Part shown: positions 23,825-34,255 of the stretch, one piece after another | Numbering within the stretch: the stretch's first letter is position 1 | How the letters are laid out: each line of letters opens with the position of its first letter | DNA from: Octopus bimaculoides | Lineage: Eukaryota | NCBI RefSeq assembly: GCF_001194135.2 | Contig: NC_068988.1 | Span: forward strand, 55,334,430 to 55,398,429 | DNA: 64,000 nucleotides | Direction of reading: 5' to 3' | Notes under the pieces: generated by a model | Databases searched by the model: none | The model's input: the letters and a program-made list of their open reading frames with translations, nothing else | Told to the model about the DNA's origin: nothing | Program-made: the position numbers and the translations under genes

Positions 23825-24771
23825 ACATGTTCTATATGAATATATATACATAATACACCATTACTATGATAAATGCTATAGTCTTTAGCAAAGATGAAAT
23901 GGTAGATTTGAATGTGAAAAGAAGGTGGCTTTACATGGAGGGAAATTCATGGTTTTCAGTTTCAGATGAAATTTGATGTATAATTCTGAAGATATGTGAG
24001 AGATGTGGTTCTTGTTTCTGATTATGTAAAGTACTTTTTTCCTCCTACATAGGATATAAGACAAGGGGTTTATTCAGTAAAAGTGTGAATTTGTACAGTT
24101 AATTAGGGATGAGAAGAGGAATATGTTTAAATGTTAGAAATTAGTAAAATGATAAAATCATAGAATTGAAGATACTTTGAGGTTTTAAACATGTCTAAGA
24201 ATGTTATTCCTGAATAGTATTATATTTATATAGATAAATTTGAAGCATTTCTGTTTTATGTTCTGTTAAATAGCTGAGGCTTCAGATGACATCCTGCGAC
24301 ACAGTACTTGCTTCTGGAAAAGACTATATCACATAAAAGAGTAGCGGAGAGAGTACCTACATAGCTTTATTATTGAGCTCTCTGGCAATTAGCAACATAT
24401 TTGATTACCTAAGTAAAATTTATTCTAACCACAAGACTAATTGTTCCTCCGTAGTTTTTATTTTATTTTAATGACTCCAGCATTACTAAAAGACAAAATC
24501 AATTTCAGCTGGATTTCATCTTTGTCAAATGAGGCTTTGGATGGACTATCAATTCTTACATATGTGTAAAGCCTAAGACTCATGGCATAGCATGTAGGAA
24601 ATGGTAAGTTCTCAATGGCATTAGGAATGTTCTTGAAGTTGTTCCAACTGGGATTTGAAACCAGGCCTACATAAGATATAATATGACTCTCTATCTACTG
24701 ACCATTCCATCTCAAACTCTACAGTCTATTCTATTCTAAAGTTATGTTGTTTTCTCTTTTTTCTTTTGCAG

Positions 24772-24886
24772 TTCTTCCAGCGTGGTGCCTTCTCGTAGCT
24801 TGAGACAATATTCATCATATGGGCCACTACATCGTCATTCTTCAGTTGGAAAATCAGCGACACTCCCACCAAATACTCGTCCCTGA
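24772..24886 (+). CDS. ROCK: ROCK terminal coding exon: (S)SSSVVPSRSLRQYSSYGPLHRHSSVGKSATLPPNTRP*
   Basis: Strong tract TTTTCTCTTTTTTCTTTTGCAG. Phase 2 matches the exon ending at 14135 and the frame is open to TGA at 24884-24886. The Ser-rich tail with SATLP resembles the invertebrate Rok C-terminus as I recall it. Confidence 0.85.
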
Positions 24887-26062
24887 AATACTTCATGTCC
24901 CAACCAACCTCAGCTCTCTTAAAGGACTCTCCCTCTCCACCGCCACCACCACACCACCACCACCACCACCTCTACATCTTGATCTTCATTAATACTCACT
25001 CTCTTCTTTCTCTTGTGTGTAGAAGCTGAGCTCTGAGCTTCTTTCTCTGTCATGGCAATCATTTCAAATGGGCATACATAAATACATACAGATAGATATA
25101 TGTGTATGTATATATATATATATATATATATATNNNNNNNNNNNNNNNNNNNNNNNNNNNNNNNNNNNNNNNNNNNNNNNNNNNNNNNNNNNNNNNNNNN
25201 NNNNNNNNNNNNNNNNNNNNNNNNNNNNNNNNNNNNNNNNNNNNNNNNNNNNNNNNNNNNNNNNNNNNNNNNNNNNNNNNNNNNNNNNNNNNNNNNNNNN
25301 NNNNNNNNNNNNNNNNNNNNNNNNNNNNNNNNNNNNNNNNNNNNNNNNNNNNNNNNNNNNNNNNNNNNNNNNNNNNNNNNNNNNNNNNNNNNNNNNNNNN
25401 NNNNNNNNNNNNNNNNNNNNNNNNNNNNNNNNNNNNNNNNNNNNNNNNNNNNNNNNNNNNNNNNNNNNNNNNNNNNNNNNNNNNNNNNNNNNNNNNNNNN
25501 NNNNNNNNNNNNNNNNNNNNNNNNNNNNNNNNNNNNNNNNNNNNNNNNNNNNNNNNNNNNNNNNNNNNNNNNNNNNNNNNNNNNNNNNNNNNNNNNNNNN
25601 NNNNNNNNNNNNNNNNNNNNNNNNNNNNNNNNNNNNNNNNNNNNNNNNNNNNNNNNNNNNNNNNNNNNNNNNNNNNNNNNNNNNNNNNNNNNNNNNNNNN
25701 NNNNNNNNNNNNNNNNNNNNNNNNNNNNNNNNNNNNNNNNNNNNNNNNNNNNNNNNNNNNNNNNNNNNNNNNNNNNNNNNNNNNNNNNNNNNNNNNNNNN
25801 NNNNNNNNNNNNNNNNNNNNNNNNNNNNNNNNNNNNNNNNNNNNNNNNNNNNNNNNNNNNNNNNNNNNNNNNNNNNNNNNNNNNNNNNNNNNNNNNNNNN
25901 NNNNNNNNNNNNNNNNNNNNNNNNNNNNNNNNNNNNNNNNNNNNNNNNNNNNNNNNNNNNNNNNNNNNNNNNNNNNNNNNNNNNNNNNNNNNNNNNNNNN
26001 NNNNNNNNNNNNNNNNNNNNNNNNNNNNNNNNNNNNNNNNNNNNNNNNNNNNNNNNNNNNNN

Positions 26063-26109
<47 letters not shown>

Positions 26110-26529
26110 CATACATATATATTTATTCTCTCTCTCTTTATTTCTGTTGAAGAGTGTAGGCTAGAAATGTAAAAGACTTTCTCACCTTCCTGAGCGTTAA
26201 ACTAATATGCCTACTTGTTGTTTATACACCTGTCTTCATCTTTTGTTTTTCTGTAAATTTCAACTATACACACACGCACACACACACACACACACATATA
26301 TATAGTTATTTCTTTATTGCCCACAAGGGGCNNNNNNNNNNTCAACTATACACACACGCACACACACACACACACACATATATATAGTTATTTCTTTATT
26401 GCCCACAAGGGGCTAAACATAGAGGGGACAAGCAAGGACAGACAAAGGGATTAAGTCGATTACTTAGACCTCAGTGTGTAACTGGTACTTAATTTATCGA
26501 CCCCGAAAGGATGAAAGGCAAAGTTGACA

Positions 26530-26880
26530 TAGACTCAAGAATGAAAAAGGCGCTTAGATCATTAAAAAAAACAACCTACTTAATTAGTGCAAAACTACCT
26601 ACAATTCAGCTCTAGCAGTTAAACATTGCGGAACTTGAAACCAACCTTATCGGGGATGCATAAATTTTAATTGGAACAACTTTTTACTGTGAAAAAATAC
26701 TTTAGTCATCCTTTGAAAAATTTAATATATACCATTAAATGTGATGGATCCAGCATAGATTACATTGGACAAACTGAACTTATCTTAAGAATGAGATTAA
26801 CAATTCATCGACAACAAATTAGATATCCCAGAACTAGACAAACCCCACTCACTACTAACGTTCTATGAAGGAAAGAAATA
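26530..26880 (+). mobile_element. Penelope-like element fragment, GIY-YIG endonuclease
   Basis: ORF 26671..26868 contains NLIYTIKC......YIGQT...LRMRLTIHRQQIR, the GIY-YIG signature of PLEs. Confidence 0.8.
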
Positions 26881-26883
26881 TCA

Positions 26884-27037
26884 AGAAGTGGCTGTGAATA
26901 GCTTGCTTACCAACCACATGGTTCTGGGTTCAGTCCCACTGCGTGGCACCTTGGGAAAGTGTCTTCTACTATAGCCTGGGACCGACCAAAGCAATGTGAG
27001 TGGATTTGGTAGACGGAAACTGAAAGAAGCCCGTCGT
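26884..27037 (+). mobile_element. SINE family A 5' module, running into (TA)n and a gap
   Basis: Near-identical to 5210-5372. Confidence 0.85.
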
Positions 27038-28071
27038 ATGTATATATATATATATATNNNNNNNNNNNNNNNNNNNNNNNNNNNNNNNNNNNNNNNNNNN
27101 NNNNNNNNNNNNNNNNNNNNNNNNNNNNNNNNNNNNNNNNNNNNNNNNNNNNNNNNNNNNNNNNNNNNNNNNNNNNNNNNNNNNNNNNNNNNNNNNNNNN
27201 NNNNNNNNNNNNNNNNNNNNNNNNNNNNNNNNNNNNNNNNNNNNNNNNNNNNNNNNNNNNNNNNNNNNNNNNNNNNNNNNNNNNNNNNNNNNNNNNNNNN
27301 NNNNNNNNNNNNNNNNNNNNNNNNNNNNNNNNNNTTGTAACATATTGCATATTTAATAAGCCATAGGCTATATCATGCTGATTTTAAAAAAGACTGAAAT
27401 AGTCTACACATCATCATCATCATCACCAACTAGAAATTTTAAGAACTTCATAGTAAATAAACAAATAAATAAACATGTAAATAAATAAATATGCAAATTT
27501 TAGGCATCTTCACTCTTAAAATTTCTTGCTTTCTCATTCAAAATCCTTATCCCGCCTGATATTAGGCAGAAATAATTTTCCTTGTAATTGCTGCCACCAC
27601 TAGGTAAGCCACGTGTATATGAGTGTGTGTGTGTGTAGGAGAAGTTTGCTCCCCAACCGTTATGGTCTCAGGTTCAGTCCCATCCGCAGCACCTTGGGGA
27701 AGTGTCTTCTGCTATAGCCATGAGCCGACCAAAACATTGTGAATGGATTTGTTAGACGGAAACTAAAAGAAACCCATCTTGTATGTTGTCAGTTACATCT
27801 TCGTATCTAGCAACAAATCTAGCTGCTACCATCCTTGTGAGGGAATGGCAGAAGAAATATACAAATTTGGGCGAGTAACCGAACTTTCTGCGAACAAATC
27901 ATAAAAGTATCCTGTATATAGTGACAGAAAATTTGTCAAAGACTTTTAACAGATTCACAGATGCGATGAACAGATCCTGATTTTTTTTGCTGAACTTCTG
28001 AAGCAACCTCGCATCGAAGGTCATGTCGACTGCATTGCAACTCTGGCGTGAGGCTTTCTAATAGTGATTCA

Positions 28072-28450
28072 TCATCATCATCATCGTTTAACGTCCGCTT
28101 TCCATGCTAGCATGGGTTGGACGATTTGACTGAGGATTGGTGAACCAGATGGCTACACCAGGCTCCAATCTGATTTGGCAGAGTTTCTACAGCTGGATGC
28201 CCTTCTTAACGCCAACCACTCAGAGAGTGTAGTAGGTGCTTTTACGTGCCTACAACACGAAGGCCAATCAGGCGGTACTGGCAACGGCCACACTCAAAAT
28301 GGTGTATTTTACGTGCCACCTACACAGGAGCCAGTCCAGCGGCACTGGCAACGATCTCGCTCGAATGTCTTTACACGTGCCAGGAAGGCGACGCTGGGCA
28401 CAGGTGCCATCACGATTTCGCTTTCGCTTGCCCCAACAGGTCTTCGCAGG
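28072..28450 (-). mobile_element. Family D element (RTE-like (GAT)n tail), CpG-rich
   Basis: (CAT)n-cgtttaacgtccgctttccatgctagc..., nearly identical to 11535 onward and extending further. Confidence 0.75.
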
Positions 28451-29387
28451 ATCGGTTATATGAATATATTCCTTTCGATAATATGAATATAATCCTTTCA
28501 GTTGAAAACTCCAATAAGCAGCAATGTCTTTATTGTTTTCTGTGTATGTATGTGGATGTGTTTTTATGTATTTGTACATGGGTACGAATTCAATTACTTC
28601 CTTCTTACCGTTCTTTGTTATTTAATATCATTCTGGTGTTTCTAAACCTATGCTTTGTGATTTGAATTACAATTTAGTTTACTTCGGAGTATGTGCGTGT
28701 GCTTGTGCCATTATTTGATATTCGATATCTTTTTACAAATAGGATTTTCTGAATATTTGCTTTAAACCCAATAAAAATGATTTGTAGAATAAGTTATAAA
28801 TTGAGAATGTTTCACTCTAATCTTTTCATCTGCATTTTTATCTGAAGTGAACATGCAATAAACCACACAAATTGATTCATTCACTTCCACGAAAACTTTA
28901 TGACAATAAAACGACAGAGGAAACAATGTAGAAATTTTTTACTATCTAGGCCCGTTACATGTGTATCTTGTGGACTCGCATGTCGTTAAATACTAATATC
29001 TTGCAACCGGAGATGTTTTAGTGTCTTTGATGGTCATATAGGTGGAAATATTTCTATTTTATTTAAGAGGAAGTAGAATAGTACTACTCACTGTTGTCGG
29101 GTCGCCCCAGACTTGTGAGAATGATGTTCAACTTGAAGTTTTAGGAAGATGATATCTGAGAAAGATGTGAGCAGGGAGAAAGTAACAGGGGCATTGAATT
29201 GAAATTACGAGCTAAAAGACTGGGTGAAATATTTTGTATAAGGATTGGGCTTTTTGTTACGATAGATAGAGAAGGCAAGGAGAAGTCAGGAGAATATATC
29301 GAGTGTGTTCACGCAGAGGTGGTAACCAATTCACTTGTTCAGAAGATTAGTAAAAGTAATGGCAGAAAAAGAGTTGGAAGGTAGCCA

Positions 29388-29592
29388 GGCGGCGAGCTGG
29401 CAGAAACGTTAGCACACCGGGCGAAATCCTTAGCGGTATTTCGTCTGCCGTTACGTTCTGAGTTCAAATTCCACCGAGGTCGACTTTGCCTTTCATCCTT
29501 TCGAGGTCGATAAATTAAGTACCAGTTACGTACTGGGATCGATGTAATCAGCTTAATGTCCTTGTTTGTCCCCTCTATGTTTAAAAGAAATA
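29388..29592 (+). mobile_element. Young SINE family B copy with a perfect TSD of 24-25 bp
   Basis: AGAAAAAGAGTTGGAAGGTAGCCA(G) at 29364-29387 and 29593-29616. A-rich tail. Confidence 0.9.
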
Positions 29593-29689
29593 AGAAAAAG
29601 AGTTGGAAGGTAGCCAGTGCAGTCTTTACTTTTTGGTGTGAAGTTAAAATAGACAGTGTAAAGTAAACTATGTTAGATTCTCGCAAACT

Positions 29690-29990
29690 TACTTAATTCG
29701 CGCCCTAAGGAATATGTCATCGGCGACTTACCTCCACTGGTTTCGATTCTGAGCTGTCTTTCATCTCCTAAGTCTTGTTGGTTTTGAATTGTTATCGATG
29801 CTTCTTTAACCTTGCTTTTTTTTCTAGGTAGGGGTGCTGGCCCTTCGCATACCCTAAGGAAGAGATGGCTCATATTAGGGTGACCTCTATTCTTTGACCT
29901 GTTCAGCACGGGATGCTCCACCTGGAGTTCCACTAGTATGACTCTTAGGGTCATTGAGGAATAAAAGCTCTCACACCGCAACAAGGACTG
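29690..29990 (-). mobile_element. Probable RTE LINE 5' UTR fragment
   Basis: Homologous to 39150-39450 (+) (gcgaagggccagcacccctacctagaaaaa vs gcgaaaggccaacactcctaactaataaaa). The motif resembles RTE 5' UTRs. Confidence 0.45.
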
Positions 29991-30244
29991 GGCCTTGAGT
30001 TCTTAGATTGTAAACGAATAATATTTGTTTTTAGCTGGAGATATCTCTGTATCTTTTATGGCAGCTATAAAGCTGAAATAATGTATTTCACATGGCAGCA
30101 TTAGAGCTTTGTTTTACGGTGATCCAGTTTCTATCTCTATCAATACAAAAGCAGTTGGAAAGACGTGAAAACCTGTCCTTAAAACAGTACCCCAGACTTT
30201 GATAACCACACAGGCATACTTTTGAAAACAAGTATCAACAGCAA

Positions 30245-30625
30245 TAATGGTTTCAAATTTTTGGCAATTTTAAGGTCAGCATTTTATTAGGAGTGGAGGG
30301 AGTCAATTGCAAAGACCTCGATGCTCAATGAAAGGCTAAGTCGACCTCGGTAGAATTTGAATCCATAACTTAAAGAAGAAATGCCGCTAAGCAGTAATAA
30401 TGGTTTGAAATTTTAGCAAAGGGTCAGCAATTTCAGCGGAGGGAGTAAGACGATTACATCGATCCCAGGGCTCAAATGGTACTTATTTTATCGACCTTGA
30501 AAGGGATGAAAGACAAAGTCGACCTTGGTGGAATTTGAACACAGATCGTAAAAACGGACGAAATGCTACTAAGCATTTTTCCCGGCATGCTAAAAATTCT
30601 GCCAGTTCGCCACCTTATCAGTTCA
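30245..30625 (-). mobile_element. Two head-to-tail SINE family B copies
   Basis: Each begins aataatggttt.aaatttt.gc and contains gtcgacct.ggt.gaatttgaa. Confidence 0.75.
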
Positions 30626-31039
30626 CCACCTTACCAGATCGCTGCCTTAGTATCAGCAATAATAATAGTGTCTCAATCTGAGACATCTGAGGAAGTTTGG
30701 ATTTTAGGCATTAGACCAATGTCAAAGATTAATTACACTATTAACGCAGCAAAAAGAGAAAAAAAGAAAGGAAAGAAATGAGATTGTCAGAAAGAAGTGT
30801 GCCAGTGTTTTAATAACCATTTCTGACTCATCTGTTGGGTCACAAATTTATAACAGAGTGGGGAGGAGATAGGATTCATGTTTTTATTTTCAACACCAAT
30901 GGCGACATTTTGTTATAATCATTAGTAACTTGACGAAAGTATTGTGTTCGTGTTCTAGTTCAGTAGTCGGCCAAACAATTTCTGCAGCTACCTGTCATTG
31001 GGTTTAGTTCGTCTGTAAATAAAGAAATAAAATATCATT

Positions 31040-31212
31040 TTTGTGGATTATATCTGTGGCCACACTGGGGCACCACGTTATAGAATTTTTAGTCGAATGA
31101 ATCGAGCCGAGTACTTATTTATTTTAAAGCCTGCTACTTATATCGGTGTCTTACGTTGAACCGCTAAGTTAAGGGGACGTAAATACACCAACACAGATTG
31201 TTAAGCGGTGGT

Positions 31213-31248
<36 letters not shown>

Positions 31249-31262
31249 TGGGCTTCTTTGGT
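31040..31262 (-). mobile_element. SINE family A 3' module with (CA)n
   Basis: Reverse complement of the 5941-6110 module. Confidence 0.7.
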
Positions 31263-32130
31263 AAAACGATGAATTAAACCTTATTACATTGCAGTGGCGG
31301 CTCGTGTGTAGGCACTGCGGAACTGCAGCACCCCCTATTTCCACTCGATATTATCGATAACATTCAATATAATGAGCCCTTTTTTTCTTTAATTCTTTCT
31401 TTATACACATTCATTATATAATCCTTAAGCTTAATGTCAGTAGCCATCCCCTAGTTTATGAAAAAATGCAAAAATCCTTGTATAGAACTGTGCGCTTCAC
31501 AGTTCCAGCGACGCGGTGTTTGGCTGTTGTGCACATGCTCACATGCCCGAGATAGGAAGCTTCTCACTAGGGAGAGAGAGCACTGCGTGAAAAGCAGTGC
31601 CGAATGAAAGGTAATGTTACTTTTTGACTCCGCGTGTGTTGTGCTTAAAAAACGTGATAAAGTGTAGAATTAGATTATTATCCTGCTTCCAGCTTCAGTG
31701 TTGCTGCTAGGATTTGAAAAATAGGGCACATTCCTCTCCACCGTTATTTTGTGATTTAGAGGACATCCTGTTGGCGGCCAGCCATGAGACTCGAACTCAC
31801 ATCCCTGTGATTCCGCATCAAGTGCTTTACCATAAAGCTAAACTTCCTGAACGACAAATTCTTCTGCAAATTTAGGATATATAAATCTAGCTTTATAAGA
31901 CGCCGACAGAATTTTCTGCAAAATATTGATAGTTTATCCTGTTCATGCTATATTATTAGCATTATCCTGCGCTTGAGAATAAACTTATTTCCTTATCTGT
32001 ATCTTTCAATACATCTCAACGCTTCTGAAGCAAACTTTATTGACTTTCAGCGTAGGTTGAATTTAACGTACAATAGCGTCTTATAAAGCTAGATTTATAT
32101 ATCCTAAATTTGCAGAAGAATTTATCATTC

Positions 32131-32204
32131 GGACAGTTTAGCTTAATGGTAAAGCACATGACGCGTAATCACATGGTTGTGAGTTCGAGTCTCATGGCTG
32201 GCCA
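32131..32204 (+). pseudogene. tRNA-like sequence (pseudo-tRNA, nominal anticodon CGT), with an inverted copy at 31775-31848
   Basis: D arm gctt/aagc, T arm gtgag-ttcgagt-ctcat, partial acceptor stem. The anticodon stem has only 3 of 5 pairs and lacks U33. Confidence 0.55.
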
Positions 32205-33059
32205 CCGACAGAATTTTCTGCAAAATATGGATAGTTTATCCTGTTCATGCTCTATTATTAACATTATCCAGCGTTTGAGAATAAAATTATTTCCTTATCT
32301 TTATATATATATATATATATATACATATGTTATTTGTGTATGAAGGCCACCATTGGTTTCATAATCAGAAATATTTNNNNNNNNNNNNNNNNNNNNNNNN
32401 NNNNNNNNNNNNNNNNNNNNNNNNNNNNNNNNNNNNNNNNNNNNNNNNNNNNNNNNNNNNNNNNNNNNNNNNNNNNNNNNNNNNNNNNNNNNNNNNNNNN
32501 NNNNNNNNNNNNNNNNNNNNNNNNNNNNNNNNNNNNNNNNNNNNNNNNNNNNNNNNNNNNNNNNNNNNNNNNNNNNNNNNNNNNNNNNNNNNNNNNNNNN
32601 NNNNNNNNNNNNNNNNNNNNNNNNNNNNNNNNNNNNNNNNNNNNNNNNNNNNNNNNNNNNNNNNNNNNNNNNNNNNNNNNNNNNNNNNNNNNNNNNNNNN
32701 NNNNNNNNNNNNNNNNNNNNNNNNNNNNNNNNNNNNNNNNNNNNNNNNNNNNNNNNNNNNNNNNNNNNNNNNNNNNNNNNNNNNNNNNNNNNNNNNNNNN
32801 NNNNNNNNNNNNNNNNNNNNNNNNNNNNNNNNNNNNNNNNNNNNNNNNNNNNNNNNNNNNNNNNNNNNNNNNNNNNNNNNNNNNNNNNNNNNNNNNNNNN
32901 NNNNNNNNNNNNNNNNNNNNNNNNNNNNNNNNNNNNNNNNNNNNNNNNNNNNNNNNNNNNNNNNNNNNNNNNNNNNNNNNNNNNNNNNNNNNNNNNNCGG
33001 ATTAAATTTGGCAGTTGGCTTAACAGGAAAAGAAAACGCAATATTCCATCAAAAATAAA

Positions 33060-33760
33060 AGTATTTTAATGAAAATAAAAATATCAACTGGTAAATAACA
33101 ATTTTCTCAGAGTAGTCGCACTCAGTTTCTACCACAGCCTCAAGACGGTTCCAGAACTGGCGCATGCTTTCCTCATTGTGTTACTGAGATGATCTTCGAA
33201 CACCTTGATCTTGGCCACCTACTCGGCCTTGGTGCTGCAGGTAGAACAATTGATATCTTTCCCAACCCACACATAGTAAACCATGGGATAACAATCGGCA
33301 GGATTATAAGGCCAGAAATTGGGGCCGGTGAAGTTGTAGAAATTCTCTGACAATCTCTTCTGACTTTTTCCGGAAGCAAGGCAAGAAGCTGAATCCTACT
33401 GTCATACATATGGCCTCCCAGCACCAACCCTCTCCGCCAAGGATTGACCACGGTCTCCAGTAACTTCACTCAGCTGTCTAAATTGAGGCCCTGTTCAAAT
33501 ATGTGGGGATGAATTCCGGCGTGCGGACGCAGTAAAACACTAGGTGTTTCCCTTTCTTCTGGTCAAGATTTCGAGTCTCAGTTGCTGCTGCCCATGTCAC
33601 GTCTTACAGCTTTTACACCGTTCACATAGCATTGACCAACAACCATGATGTTGGCATGAATCATTATGATACATGTAACCCAATGTTCAGAGGGCTTCCA
33701 ATGTTCAGCTAACTTTTTCTCAACTCCAACTTTAACATTTATGCTCTCCAACGCTGTTGA
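33060..33760 (-). mobile_element. Internally deleted, decayed Tc1/mariner (maT/DD37D-like) transposon
   Basis: Minus-strand motifs VRTPEFI joined directly to PHIFEQGL, then LLETVVNPW, GRPYV.Q.DSA, WP....DC.P..YYVW and AVVET. Confidence 0.75.
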
Positions 33761-33845
33761 CTTATGTATGTATAAAAATCTATCTATCCATCTATCTATC
33801 TATCTATCTATCTATCTATGAGCGACAGAAGCAGTATTAATACAA

Positions 33846-34255
33846 AAAGGCAATCTTTATCCAACTTAACGATAACAAAATATCCACGTTAAGTTAGATA
33901 TAAAGAACCTTTTGGTAAGTTGTGGGTAAAGATTGCCTTCGATCCCTAATATTTTTGTTAATAAGCCTGCTGGCTATTTGTGACATCAGCGACAGAAATC
34001 CTATTTATTGTTGGCAGTTAGATTCAACTGGTTTGCGGTTGTCGGACGTCTGTCCCCGAGGAGCCCAGGTAGGTCGAAATACGTAATCTAGCTGTTCCGA
34101 CGCCCATAGCAGCTGATTATCGTCTGCCAGCAATATAAATATGCGTACTTTTATGCACCATGCGTCCATATAAGAGGTACCCTCAAGGTAAATAACGCAG
34201 TATTCAGTGTTCCAACAAAAACATCCACGTTAAGTTGGATATAAAGACAGCCTTT
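33846..34255. mobile_element. MITE-like element with TIRs of about 28 bp
   Basis: aaaggcaatctttatccaacttaacg ... cgttaagttggatataaagacagccttt. An extra internal copy of the right arm lies at about 33885-33910. Confidence 0.55.

Noticed and set aside
26261-26412. Apparent 70-bp tandem duplication
   Set aside because: Identical copies flank an 11-N gap, so this is an assembly artefact.
32131-32204. Functional tRNA-Thr(CGT) gene
   Set aside because: Broken anticodon stem, no U33, acceptor mismatches and no Pol III T-run terminator. Kept only as a tRNA-like sequence.
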